This document shows, piece by piece, positions 39,250 through 53,000 of a stretch of DNA of 56,906 nucleotides. The DNA comes from Octopus bimaculoides (lineage: Eukaryota). Within the stretch, counting starts at the first letter, position 1, and every line of letters starts with the position of its first letter. Below the pieces are notes generated by a model. The model ran no database searches. It worked only from the letters and a program-made list of their open reading frames with translations, and was not told where the DNA came from. The translations under genes and the position numbers were made by a program. Where the stretch lies: contig NC_068987.1 of NCBI RefSeq assembly GCF_001194135.2, positions 94,560,212-94,617,117 of the forward strand. Direction: 5' to 3'.

Positions 39250-39422
39250 AATCTGTTCAGGCACAACTCCTGCAAGTTGGGTGGAGGGGCGGTATTTATT
39301 TCATTGATCCCTAAAGGATGAAAGTCAAAATCAATCTTGGCAACTATTGAACTATTAACAAAAAGCTTTTAAGCATTTTGCTTAGTGAGCTGATGATTCT
39401 GTCAGCTCGTCTCCACCTTAGA
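39250..39422 (-). mobile_element. Diverged SINE family B
   Basis: TATTTCATTGATCCCTAAAGGATGAAAG..AAGCATTTTG..GATTCTGTCAGCTCGTCTCCACCTT. Confidence 0.65.
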
Positions 39423-39516
39423 TAAAGTTATAAATAATAGCACATAGATTGATATTGGCTTAAAAACCTGTTTGGGTAGAAAAAGTTGAAGGCTGCCTGT
39501 AAACAATATATACCTT

Positions 39517-39570
<54 letters not shown>

Positions 39571-39603
39571 TATAACAGTCTCTTTATATTTTATATATAT
39601 ATA

Positions 39604-39764
39604 ACAGGCTTTTTTCAGTTTCTGTCTACCAAATCCACTTACAATGCTTTGATTGGCTTGAGACTATAGTAGAAGACACTTGCCCAAGGTGCCATGCAAT
39701 GGGACTGAACCTGGAACCATATGGTTGGGAAGCAAGCTTGTTACCACACAGCCACTCCTGCACC
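39604..39764 (-). mobile_element. SINE family A 5' half
   Basis: TTTCAGTTTCTGTCTACCAAATCCAC..GACACTTGCCCAAGGTGCC..ACCACACAGCCACTCCTGCACC. Confidence 0.85.
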
Positions 39765-39765
39765 T

Positions 39766-40120
39766 ATTTTGGAATTGAAATCTACAACATTCCCCAAACT
39801 GGATGGCACTGCACAGTACCAATGGTCCCATCTCCTCCATTGAAGATACAAACCCAATATTGTAATAGCTTGGGATTCAAAGGAGCGTAACTTTTTAATG
39901 CCCTGCCACAGAACATCAGGTGTAGACAGGGAAGTCTTCAAAAAACGTCTACACAGTTTTTCATCTGCAATACTGGATGAAGCCATATTGTGGCAGGTAG
40001 CACAAAGAAAACCAGCAACATCCAACTCGCAACTTCACCAGAAGCAATACTGGAAAAATCCCTGGACACAGTAAAGGTGGTGCACCAGCATGGCCTCTGC
40101 CTCTGGCTGAAACCCATAAA

Positions 40121-40123
<3 letters not shown>
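39766..40123 (+). mobile_element. Decayed CR1-type LINE 3' end
   Basis: QTQYCNSLGFKGA*LFNALPQNIR..VDREVFKKRLHSF..DE..ATSNS, followed by the tail AAAGGTGGTGCACCAGCATGGCC..GCTGAAAC..TAAAAGA. Confidence 0.75.
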
Positions 40124-40154
<31 letters not shown>

Positions 40155-40321
40155 NNNNNNNNNNNNNNNNNNNNNNNNNNNNNNNNNNNNNNNNNNNNNN
40201 NNNNNNNNNNNNNNNNNNNNNNNNNNNNNNNNNNNNNNNNNNNNNNNNNNNNNNNNNNNNNNNNNNNNNNNNNNNNNNNNNNNNNNNNNNNNNNNNNNNN
40301 NNNNNNNNNNNNNNNNNNNNN

Positions 40322-40361
<40 letters not shown>

Positions 40362-40492
40362 TTAATACAATTAAGATTCAGCGGAATTAGGTATTTAAAT
40401 TCAGGTACCTTGTTAGGTCAGAATAATATGCACACCCAAACAGTATTAAGTAAATATCAAACTTGGTGCAGAAGTCCTGGCACCTGTGTCAT

Positions 40493-40790
40493 GAAAGCAC
40501 ATGGCCTAATGGTTAGGCATGCTGCACTCACAATCATGAGATCATGGTTTTGATTCCCAGACTGGCTGCACATTGAGTTCTTGAGCCAAACACTTCATTT
40601 TACGTTGCTGCAGCTCACTCAGCTGTAAATGATGTAAGTCTGCAATGGAGTAAGCTTCCAGTTTGGGGAATGTTAGCCTACTTGCTGCCTGGTCAGCAGG
40701 GTTGTATCATTCAAGGCTAAAATGGTGCACTGTGATCAGCGTTGTATAGTAACATTCGACAGACTGGTCAATCACGTGATCACATGATAT
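40493..40790 (+). mobile_element. tRNA-derived SINE family E (D-like head, different body)
   Basis: ATGGCCTAATGGTTAG..GGTTTTGATTCCCAGAC..TTCTTGAGCCAAACAC..CACTCAGCTGTAAATG. Confidence 0.65.
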
Positions 40791-40810
40791 ATGTAAATGT
40801 ACACATGCAT

Positions 40811-40846
<36 letters not shown>

Positions 40847-41401
40847 CATCCACACAGTTTCCATCAGTCAAATTCATTCATAAAACATTAGTCATCCTGG
40901 GGCTGTAGTAGAAGTCGCTTAACACAGCCCAGGCTTGCCTGCACCTACACATGTGCACCTACATGCACATACACACACATTTACATATTTGCATATATAT
41001 CATACATGCATCGACTTGTACCCATTCATGCAAATACACATTACTCTATGAGAACAAGAAATGTTCTGCATATTTTATTATGTAGCATCCATTGCATCAA
41101 GGCCATATTATTTTTGTTGTCACTGCTGTCACTGCTGCTGCTGTTGCTGCTGCCGCTGTTGCTGCTGCTGCTGCTGCTTCTTTTCAGATAATTTGTGTTT
41201 TTTTTTTCATAGAGAAATGCTTGGAATTGAAAAGTTTTTCAACCTATAAATTATTTTCTTTGAAAAGCAAAAAACAAAACAATGTACCTGCTTTTTTTTT
41301 TGTTTCATATTTATTTTGTTTAGCACTATAATAAATCTGTCATTTAAAGATGACACAAATTCACAGTGGTGGTCTTCAACAGTCCATCCTAGCCGATGCC
41401 T

Positions 41402-41450
<49 letters not shown>

Positions 41451-41460
41451 NNNNNNNNNN

Positions 41461-41506
<46 letters not shown>

Positions 41507-43391
41507 CTATCTCTGTCCATCTGTTTGCATCTATGCATATTTTTCTGTCAGTCCATCTCAGATTAATAAATCATGCCAAATGCATTTGATCAACTTGCCT
41601 TCACGTGATAATAAACTTGATTGGATCAAAGTTTTCTACACAACAACAATAGCATGCAGAAAAATTTTCTATTTCTTCCTGTTCTGTTCCCATTCATGTA
41701 TTAAACCAATTATTTTTGTTCCCTGGCAAAGATGATAGCTTCCAACCAGCCCCATTCATTTAACTACTGCACAATTAAACTGTAATGGACAGCTGTAAAT
41801 CCGGAAGTGCAATTTATTTTTGCCATCCTTTATAGCAGTTCACTTTACACAACTCCTTGCAGTGATATTATTTAAGCTGCATGTGCTGATGTCCTTAATT
41901 GCTGCTAGACTTTTGTTCTTTGTAATGCTGCTGTTGTTTGCTATTGTTGTTACTGTTTGAAAAATAATAGCTGAGAGTAGACTAGTTTATAGTGAAGCTC
42001 TGGGGTCCATATTTGTATTGGTGCAGATTTACATAACATCCTGTGTTATATATTGCTAAGCAACTTAATGTGTTTGTATTTCCATTGTGGCCTTCACACA
42101 TTTCCACAGAACTGTTCATAAATACTTGAGTATATCTGTGGTTATGTGCAGGCAATTGTCGATCTCTGTGTGTCTGTATATACTGTGTTGTGTGGTTGCA
42201 TGTGTGATTCCATATTCTCTTACTCTCTCTCTCTCTGTATATATATGTATACGTTAATATATATATAAATGTATTATGTATATATCTGTTTGTGAATGGT
42301 TCTATGTATTCACACACACACAGTTTAGAAGTGTGTGTGAGAGAGAGAGAGAGAGAAAATTACTATTGATAAAAATTACTATAATAAACAACAGTGTTGA
42401 TGTGAACAAGTAAAACTGTTCAAGGTGGTGCATCAAGTATAGCCCCAGTCCTAGATGGTGTAATTAAGAATCCATTAATTATGAAATACATTGCAGTAAA
42501 AGTTTTGAGTCACTCCTTAAATTTTGATGATGATTTCCCAATCCATGTACAGAAGAATCTGTATGTGTGTGTTGAATGTTATTGTTTTGTACTGGTCACA
42601 AACAACAATTACAGAAGGTCATAAGTATTTTTTATATTCAGCAGAAACAAAATTCCCAGACTCACTGTCTCTGTCGACTATAAATAACCTTACTTACCTT
42701 ATTTGTAGTCAGTCAGTGACAAAGTTCAGCTGACTTTTATTGTTTTATAATGATAAACACAAAGAAGCAGGACAGTTTTTTGCTTGTGCTGACATCCTGC
42801 ATCACCTCTGTCAACTATTTACATGCAGACAATTATTATTCATACTTTTAAATCGATTTCCTTCCGAAATAATTTGCATAAGTGCATATATATAGATATA
42901 TGTTTCTATGTTCTACGTACCAAAATTTAAATTCTATTTTTAGTCATCACACAGCCACCCACATGCATAGATCCTCATATACACATGCACTTACACACGC
43001 ACACACACACACATGCAGGCACACACATCCTCACACATGCACACACACACACACATGTCTGGTAGAATCAAAGTTCTTTTTAACTGACATACCCCAAATG
43101 TAGCTAGAAAAGCCCTGGAAGGGATAAACTGAATTATTTGCCAAGAATGTGGCCCAGTGAGCTTAAATGGTCAATATATGAATTTATCTGTGTTACTCCT
43201 TATTAAATGTCTTATTTGAATTTAATTGATTGCCCACTCTCTTGGAAAGGCATGAAGTCTCTAAATTATTGTCTTCTGGTTTTAAAGAAGACAAGTGTTT
43301 ATAATTTGGTTAAAAGTAGCTTAATTACTTAAATTATTTCAATTAATCAGTAATTGTTTCTGATTTTAGAGTATAATTAATAATGATGGTT

Positions 43392-43605
43392 TCAGATTTA
43401 GGCACTAAGCTTGCAGTTTCAAGAAGGGTGGAGTATTAGTTGATGCCATCAATCCCAATACTTGAATTGATACTTTATTTCATCAATCCTGGAGAGATGA
43501 AAGGCAAGGCTGACCCCAGCAGGATTTGAATGCAGAACATAACTCAGAACAAATACTACATGGCATTTTTCATGACAATCAAATAATTTTGCCGGTTCAC
43601 TGCTT
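43392..43605 (-). mobile_element. Diverged SINE family B
   Basis: TTCAGATTTAGGCAC..GATGAAAGGCAAGG..GGATTTGAA..CAGAAC. Confidence 0.65.
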
Positions 43606-44573
43606 TTATAATTAATAATAATAATAATGATTTGCAAGAAAACCACATAGGTATACTCAATAAACATATTGTAAAGTCCAGTCTCCTACCATTTTTGCTA
43701 TGTCACATCAGTGAATCTGTATGGATTGATTGCAAGATAGACAGATGGGTCTACTGATGGATGGTTTATTAGACATAGAGCTAAAAGGAAAAAAGGAAGA
43801 ATAATTAAGTAAAATAAGAAAGGTTCAATAAAAGAAATTGAAATAAAATAATTAGTAGTGCTGTTGTCATCTAATTGACATTCTACACCAATCTTTCCAT
43901 ATCTGTTGCTGGATAGCAGTTCTTAGAAACCATCATCATCATCATCATCATCCCTCTATGTCTGTATTCCTACATAAACTTTTACTTACAATAACACTAT
44001 TGTTGTTATCATTCTATTTAAATTAATTTTGAATTTCTTTTGAGGCACTTCCAAGGAGAAATACCTTCTTCTTAAATTAATTGACATGTGTTCTGTGAAG
44101 TTCAGTGTATGTTTATTATTTGCACACACACACACTCCTACACTCACACCCACACATGTATACATGCATGCCCACATGCTCACACACATGCACACACACA
44201 TATCATAGCCATCCTTGTCAATTGGAATCCTATGGACACTAACTTTGGCATTCAAGTTTTTGAGGTTAATAAAATGAGTAATAGTCAAGTATTGTGCATG
44301 ATTTAATCAACAATATCTCTTCTCTAGAATGTGTAGCTTTATATTAACATTGTCATGTTCATCTGTAAAATCACATCTGACAGTTGGCATCTTTCATTTG
44401 CAGCAGCTTCTATATTTTCTGGCATGAAGGAAGCCGAAAGAAGAAAACAAACAGAACATAAACTAAAAAGTAGATTCATAGGAAGCAGATGACAACACTT
44501 GAATAAGAAGCATAAATTTTGACATACCAGCTTCTGTTTAATGAGGAAACAAGTGAACTACGCACACGCACAC

Positions 44574-44616
<43 letters not shown>

Positions 44617-45697
44617 CACTAATTTGAACGAAAACAACTGAATTATTAGTGTCTTGTTGCACAGAGCTAAGTATCTTTTGTGTAAGCCTTTTTGAATTTA
44701 TCTTGGCTTTGGGGGAATAAGAAAAATATTGGTTACAGTGTTTTCAAAATGTTATTTTTTAAATATTACTTGAACTACATAATTTCATGAGGACAGTTCA
44801 TAGAGTAACCACTTTGTAAGAGGTTTTCAATGCTTTGTGTATTCCCATGAGAATTTAAAATGAAATGAAAAATGTGAACTCAAAACACTTTTTCTTAAAC
44901 ATGGCCTTTCCAATTTTTCTAAGAAGACTATGCATTTTCTTGATTACTTTCATGTAATGTTTCAAAATATATTCAAATAAAAGATCTGTCAAGAGAAAAA
45001 AGGCTCAGATTATCAGCTGAAAGATCAGACATGTGAAACTCTGTGCACTGCAAATTGTGAACCTTTCAGTTATAATGCAATAATATTCTATCTTTATTTA
45101 TTGGCTTATACAATTTATCACTTAATGAACCAAGAACACACACACTCACACACAGATATATATGTACACCTACACACACACACTCACACATTCAGCCAAG
45201 TTTATGTTGTAAATATGTGACTTCTTTCATCAATGTTTTTACATTTCCTCTCTTATTCCCAACAAATGGCAGAGGTCATGCATACTGTAGGTTCTGTTTC
45301 TCCTGCTTAGTTTAAATTTTTCTGTGATATATTTCCTATATAAATTTACCACATTTTGTATATTCTAACTAAATTTATTATAAATTGCTAATAGTATTAG
45401 TGAGAATAGTATTATTATGATGAAGAGACTGAATTTTGTAGTACAGCATGTAGCGATTTGTGTATGCCTTGTGTGTTTGTGTGTGTGTGTATGTAGCTAT
45501 GGCTGTGTAAAATGTTTGCTTCTCCACCATATGGGACCTTCAGTAATTGTATTCTATTGCAGCTCCTGATCGATTTTAATTTTATTAAAATTTATTTTAA
45601 AAAATCAAAAATAAGATAAAAGAAAATATGACAAATTTAAGTGTCATGTGGGGAAAAAAGTGAGATATACACACGCACACACATGTACAACTAAATG

Positions 45698-45730
<33 letters not shown>

Positions 45731-45753
45731 ATCCATCCATCCATCCATCCATC

Positions 45754-46029
45754 CAGGTCGTTGCCACTCACTGGCTCCTGTGCGAGTGGCACGTAAAGAA
45801 CACCATTTGAGTGTGGCTTATGCCAGTACTGCCTGACTGGCACTCGTGCCGGTGGCGCATAGAAGTACCCACTACATTCTCGGAGTAGTTGGCGTTAGGA
45901 AGGGCATCTAGCAGTAGAAACTCTGCCAGATCAGAGTGGAGCCTGGTGTAGCCATCTGGTTCACCAGTCCTCAGTCAAATCGTCCAACCCATGCTAGCAT
46001 GGAAAGCAGACGTTAAACGATGATGATGG
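45754..46029 (+). mobile_element. Family C: RTE-related non-autonomous retroelement ending in (GAT)n
   Basis: GGTGGC..CCCACTAC..TTGGCGTTAGGAAGGGCATC..GTCAAATCGTCCAACCCATGCTAGCATGGAAAGCAGACGTTAAACGATGATGATG. Confidence 0.8.
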
Positions 46030-46215
46030 TGTATGTATATATATATATATATATGTATGTATATATATGTACATGTATGTATATATATATGTATGTATAT
46101 ATATGTACATGTATGTATATATATATGTATGTATATATGTATATATAGGTATATGTATGTGTGTATATATATCTATATATATACGTCTATCTATGTATAT
46201 ATGTATATTTCTGTG

Positions 46216-46278
<63 letters not shown>

Positions 46279-46435
46279 NNNNNNNNNNNNNNNNNNNNNN
46301 NNNNNNNNNNNNNNNNNNNNNNNNNNNNNNNNNNNNNNNNNNNNNNNNNNNNNNNNNNNNNNNNNNNNNNNNNNNNNNNTATGTATGTATGTATATGTAT
46401 ATCTATGTATGTATGTATATGTATATCTATCTATG

Positions 46436-46481
<46 letters not shown>

Positions 46482-46489
46482 TCATCATC

Positions 46490-46830
46490 CTCATTGTCGT
46501 TTAATATCCGCTTTCTATGCTGGCATGGGTTGGTCGGTTTGGCTGTGAAATGGCAGACCGGGGCACTGCACCAGGCTCTAATCTGATTTAGCAAGGTTTC
46601 TACAGCTGGATGCCCTTTCCTAACACCAACCACTCCAAATGTGTAGTAGGTACTTTTTCTGTGCCACAAGCATGGGAGCCAGCCAGTCAGGCAGTATTGG
46701 CATCAGCTATGCTCAAATGGTGCATTTTATGTGCCACTGGCAACAGCCATGCTCAAATGGTGCTTTTTATATGCTAGCAACACGGGTGCCAGTCAGGTGG
46801 CATTGGCTTTGGCCATGCTAAAATGGTGAT
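46490..46830 (-). mobile_element. Family C copy, tail-to-tail with 45754-46029
   Basis: CATCATC..GTTTAATATCCGCTTTCTATGCTGGCATGGGTTGG..GGATGCCCTTTCCTAAC..CTCAAATGGTG (this motif repeated internally). Confidence 0.8.
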
Positions 46831-48218
46831 TAAAGAGAAAGATACATGCATAAGGTGGGTAGGGGAATGCTTATCTATGAGTGACAACATCTAGAGAGTA
46901 GGTTGGGATGAACCAAATTATCTACCAGCTTCTGTCCCTCCTCTTCAGTTTTCTTGTACTGGGAGTGTATTAAATTTCTTCTTTGAAGCCACTTGCATTT
47001 AGATCATTGGAAGTATTGGAAGAGTAGCTTTGTGGAAGATTTATTTGCTGGTGGAGGGGCTAGAGATCCTCCTACTTAGATTCCTCAAACAATTTCTAAA
47101 AAAAATATATGTCAGTGGCAGGAACATTTATGTAACTAGGTTTGTCATTAGTTTTCTTCTAAAGTTAATAAGTTTCATTCTGCAAGTCTAGTAACATGTC
47201 AAGGAAATTGATTTGCTTAGGTTGGTGTCTATTGTGGTCCCTCATGAGGTGGTCCTGTACTAGTGCCATCTCTATTTTAGCCAGGTTGTTTATGTTTTTT
47301 TTTATATATTTATTTGTGTATTTACTGTGGGTTTGTATGTATTTTTTTGTTTTAATTTACTCCTTTGTATTTATATCTTCATATTATTTTAGCTTATACA
47401 AAGTCTTTTTACCAAGATCTTGCAATGAAGCTTGAAAAAGTTGTTTTCCTTGAATGATCTAATGCTCAGGGTAGATTGTTTTCTGCTCACCAGCAATGTC
47501 TATATTTTCATTTTTGTAATCAATGGTGCCATGCACACTGGACTTGCACAGCTGAAGATGTGCACTGGTCATCAAATTGTTGACACAGAAGCTTAAAGTC
47601 CTGTATGTAAGTCTCCACATCTATATCAATCAATCAATCAACGTATATATATATATATGAAATTAAACAAATGCCAAAGGAACATTAAATTATGCAATGA
47701 ACTTCATTTCTGAAGCTCTGAGGAAACTATAAGGTTAGCACTCAGCTTTGTGTATCCTGCATCTCACAGCAAACACAGCTGTAAACTAATGAAGTTCTTT
47801 GCATCACTTTCTGTTCCTTTGTCATTTATCTAATTTCATTTTCTGCTCTGTACTTGAAAAACGCTTTATTCTGAAGCGAATGTATATTGAGTTCTAACAC
47901 TTGGTTATTAGTATCTATGCTTAAGTTACACATACACACACATTTGTACAAATATGTATTGTGTGTGTGTCTTCGAGCAAGAACAAGATGTAACATCTTA
48001 ATAAGAAATTCTATGTTGTCATTTCAGAAGGGATTTGGGTTTTTGATAATTCCACAGTTGTTTTAATTGAACATGTGAGCATTTTAAAATGCCTTTCTAC
48101 TTTGCTCTACATTTGTGACATTTCATCTAAAAAGAAAATGTTATGCAATATATATGAGTTGATTTCTATCACTCTAATTTACAGTGTGAGTTTCATGGTA
48201 TTTTTCCTTCTATTTCAG

Positions 48219-48315
48219 ATCTGCATTTGTGGTTATCTAGCAGATCATTTTACCAACACAAGATGAGACACTTCCAGACGACGTGAGGTCATCATAACGT
48301 ATGCCCTGTGCCTAG
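48219..48315 (+). other. Candidate non-coding (5' UTR or lncRNA) internal exon, 97 nt
   Basis: Acceptor TTTTTCCTTCTATTTCAG and donor TAG|GTAAGT. All three frames contain stops. Three CpGs are retained in a CpG-poor region. Confidence 0.45.
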
Positions 48316-49344
48316 GTAAGTATCCTGTGGAGATATTTTATATTTTCTCACAGGTGACCACATACTCACAAGATGCAATTGTTCACCATTTTTTGAGTAG
48401 GGTAATATAACTTTTTTCCCTTACATTTTGGGAGTGACAATAAAATAAAAACAAAGGGGCCTCACATTTTCAGTAAACATGAAAAAAGGATTTAAATCAC
48501 AATCCTATCTCTCACTCTGCATTTGTTTGTTTGTGTGAGTGTGTAAAGGAAATTGAAAACCCTACCAATGTTACTTTGTCACACAATCTTCTGGTGGTGG
48601 CAGAGTCTAAAACAAGGACAGTCATTGCTTTTATACTCTACTTGTATATACATTGAAAATCTTTGAAAAAATATGAAAAACAATTCGAAATCATTTTTAA
48701 AGAGTTTTTGAGATAACTTAAATCCTATGTTAAGATTTGACAGGTTACTGAGTGCTGTCTTTGTTTTAAATGAAAATGTGAAATCAGGAGGTAGTGTTTA
48801 AGGGGCTGTTAAGTATATCTGCTTCATTAAAGTTTAACAGAAAATTTAATTGGAAAATGTTGTGAAAAATGGTTTAATAAATAATTTCTTGAAATAAGAT
48901 TTTTTATGAGGTGCAAGGATTTCTAGGTAAAATGTAAAAAAGATCACTTGATGTTGAAAGTGTATGAGTATAATGAAAGGACAAAAAAGAGAAGAAAAGT
49001 ACTTTTGAGGAAAAAATAGACAAGATGACAAAAATTAAGGCAAAAAAAGTAACTTTTCATGTATCACACAAATACTTTTCTACCAACACACACATATCTC
49101 CACTACCACACACACTTAAAACTTACACATATTCATGTTCACACATTATCCACTACCACACACACACACATTTCATGTTCACACACATATGTACACCTGT
49201 GTGTGTTTTCACATGAACACATACAAATGCTCGCAAAAGTCCCTCAGGCACACAAAACACACTTCTACTATCTGGCCTGCTTTTATACTGGGTACAAATC
49301 CTCGAGGTAAGACTATAAATACAGTAAAGGATATATGTATTTCA

Positions 49345-49560
49345 TCATCATCATCATCATCTGCCTGCTTGCTTTCCATGCTGGCATGGGTTGGACGGTT
49401 TGATTGAAAACTGTTAAGCTAGGGAGCTGTACCAGGTTTCAATCTGATTTGGCATGGTTTCTACAGCTTGATGCCCTTCTTAATGCCAACCACTCGAAGT
49501 GTGTGCTTTTCACATGCCACCAGCACGGGTACCAGTTATGAAACAATGGCATCAGCCATG
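49345..49560 (-). mobile_element. Family C copy
   Basis: (CAT)n..CTTTCCATGCTGGCATGGGTTGGACGG..GATGCCCTTCTTAATGCCAACCACTC. Confidence 0.75.
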
Positions 49561-50866
49561 ACTACGATAGCCACGAAAACAGCAGAAAGATTGGGCACTA
49601 CTACCCCTACAAAGCAGGAAAAAAAAACAAAATTGCCTGCAAAAATCCATGGGACTGTTTGTTGACAACTTTTTTTTTTCCCCACGAATTAAAAATACAC
49701 CACATCCTATGTCTTTCAATAAAATAGTGAATGATGTTTACATTCCTTGTTGACATTATGATGAGATTTTCTCCACTTTTGAAGGCCTGTTCAATAAAAA
49801 AAAAAAAAACACTAACTTGCAAAACATATAAGGGCTGGTACCAGGAAAAATATGCTGCTGTAAAATCCTGCCTGAAAATGTCTCCATCGAACTTATGCAA
49901 GTATGAAAACATATGAAGACATAGCATGAACTGGCAAATGAATTTCTTTCAATATGAGGCTTCATTTGTTTCACAGATCACTAATGCCCCTTTAGTACAT
50001 TAAACTAGATATATTGAGGTATAAACAGTTAACACCTCTTGTGCTTTAATTTTAGCACCTTATTTGTTTCTTTTTTTTTTTTTTTCTTTTTTTTTCACTA
50101 AAAAAGCCTTTAGTCTTTTCCATTCTTTTACTTTTGCATATGTATACAAAAAACATTGATTGTTTTACTCATAAACTTTTAACATCAAATAATTTTTTTC
50201 TTCTGGAAATTCATATTTCCCTCCACAAGACAAAAAAAATTCTTTCTGGAAACTATTCATGAAACCACTTCACACACTTACTGTATTAATTTTCTGTCGA
50301 ATTAATACAAAGCAGATGTAGTTTATGAACTCACAGCATTTTAAAGCCTTCCTGATACATCTCCACTAATCACACTTTGTATAAAGAAATGTTATCAATA
50401 TAGTTACTCAAATAATTACTACATGCACACACATCCATAGTACATACACATGATCATCATTCAACATTCATTGTTCCATGCTTCCATGGGTCAGACAATT
50501 TGTTGAAACACATTTTCAATAGCAGGAAGCCTTACCTGTTGCTAACCCTCACCGTTTTCTAAGCAAGTTAATGTTTACCCTCTCTGTGGTACATATAGCT
50601 CCTTCCTCTTAATATTTTACAATTTGATTTGGTTGCTATTTCTAGCATGCTAAGCAACCACATAAATGCGGTTTATTTGCTTGTTTTAGTTGACCCATAT
50701 GCCAGTCAAACATAGATAGGCAGCAATTCATCAAATGATCTTACTTGAGATGGACCAGTGTTGTGCCAATTTGTTCTCCTCCTCCGTTTCATAGAATGAA
50801 ACCAGGAAGCAGTGACAGGAAGGACATTTATAGGTGACTAGAACAGCATGAATGTTAAAACTGAAA

Positions 50867-50899
<33 letters not shown>

Positions 50900-51512
50900 G
50901 CAGCAACAGCCATGATTATATTTAATATGTTGTTAGTTATAATCATAATAATGATGATAATGTTGATAACAATAATGGTTGCAATAATGGTATTTTAATG
51001 GCGTTGATGACGGTAGTGATAGCCATGAAGATGATGGCTTTGTATTATGGCATCATGATGAATGATGGTTAGGTTTTCAGAAAAAGCAGAAGAGAGAGAA
51101 GAAAGGCAAATGAAAAATCCTGACAGAAATTTGAAGAGGTGGATTTATATTGATAGACAGTTGCAAAGACCCAACAGGAGAGCAAGGCAGCTAGCTTTAG
51201 TTGAGATGTTTTATATGTTCATCTACATCTTGGAGCTTCTTCATGCATGTGTGTGTGTTGTGTGGTGTCGGGGCAGCTTTTGTAATGTCATCCTTTTTAG
51301 ATGTTAGCTTTGCTACTCTTCATCCTTCATTGCTCTCTCCAATGTGTCAGCTGATCTGCTTGCTGTCAATGAATGTAGGCAATTTCAAAGACTTAGCAGG
51401 ATAATAGTAGATGCATTTTGATCTCTTTAGAACAGGGAAGCTGTAACTGATGGTCACAGCAAGGTTTTTATACACACACACACACACACACACATGCACG
51501 CACGCACTCACA

Positions 51513-51561
<49 letters not shown>

Positions 51562-51788
51562 CCCTCCCTTAATTATTTTATTGACAGTGACTTAGCAGTT
51601 GTTTTAATGAGTGTAAACTTTTTCAAATTCTCAGAACAAATACTAGACTTGGAGAAACTTTAAAGTCACTGTTGATAAAAATTATTAAGAACTCAGACAC
51701 TTCATTTGTATTTTAGTTCTTTATTGTGCTATGTGGTATTTCAGTGCTTATAAAAACACTTTTCTTTAACTGTGTGTGTGTATGTATA

Positions 51789-51837
<49 letters not shown>

Positions 51838-52699
51838 ATATACACACACACACACCACATTCATGTTATTGGTTCACTAATCCATGCATAAATGTTTAGT
51901 TTTAACACTGCACAGGATGTAGATTCTTTTTTATTCATTTACTAGTTTCATTCATTTCTCACTCACTAAGCTGGAGGCAGAGTCATCATGCATTGCAGTT
52001 AAGCATCATTGACATCTAACACCTGATTAGTCTGCTATTTTCTCCCTCTCTCTCTCTCTTCATCAAATGACTAATTAAACATTCATTCCATGAAGGAATG
52101 CATCTCAACACATTCATTTGTGCTGCTATACTCACTCATACACGTACATGACAAGCAATGCTGGCACCTAGGTGACTACATACAACTTTACAATTTGTTA
52201 ATGATAACTGCAGTCAGTAGATGTTGATTAAGCAGACAATGACAACAATTTTCAGATCACAGCTTGTAGATTTTCACTAGATAGACACCAGTGTGTACAT
52301 TTCAGTGCAATAGATGACACTAAGTTAGATGTTGATAGGATGAATAAATAGAAAGGAGTTGATTTGAGAGACCTTATAGTATAACTGTCTGTTTCATGGA
52401 GCACAATTTCTAAATCTTAACATGCGAGACAAAAGTTTGTTGATAACATTGAGGTACTTGACCTGCAGAATTTCTGCCCGGTATCTCCATAGCAACTTCA
52501 TGAACTTGAAAGACATATTGAATGATGTAGTTTTGAGATAATCTCTGTCAGTGAAGATGGGATGGCCATGGAGAGACTACCTTTGATCCATTGGTTCTAG
52601 TGGAACTGGGCTGGTTTTAAGAACAGCAAGAATAAATGTGGTGATGTTGACTTATCTAACCAAATTAACTTGTTGTTCATTTGATAGGCAACAATTCAA

Positions 52700-53000
52700 C
52701 CACTCAAACGTGGGTATGATATACCTAGACTTTACCAAGGCCATTGATCATGGAATGATATGTCACAATCTACTTAACCTTGGTATTGCTGGAAAACTAA
52801 GAGAGTAGCCGCATGACTTTTTCAAAGCCAGAAAGTTGTAGCCAATGGTGCTGTCTCTGAGAAGACATCAATTTCCAGCAGAATCCCTCAGGGAACTTTA
52901 CTGGGACCATTATTGTTTGTGGTGGCTCTCTCAGATATGCCTGCAGTTATATAGTCAGCACCCTCACCAACCATGCTGGTGATACAAAAGTGTCACAGGT
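52700..53000 (+). mobile_element. Decayed CR1-type reverse transcriptase fragment
   Basis: NVGMIYLDFTKAID..HGMICHNL..GIAGKL..RIPQGTLLGPLLF..AGDTKV, matching YLDFxKAFD, GVPQGxxLGPLLF and YADDTK, with stops and frameshifts. Confidence 0.85.

Noticed and set aside
48228-48242. TGGTTATCTAGC, a 12-nt match to miR-9
   Set aside because: The seed end mismatches and there is no pre-miRNA hairpin.
52460-52590. Minus-strand IPSSLTEIISKLHHS resembling a Gypsy integrase zinc-binding region
   Set aside because: Too short, with no second His or Cys pair and no other LTR-element evidence.
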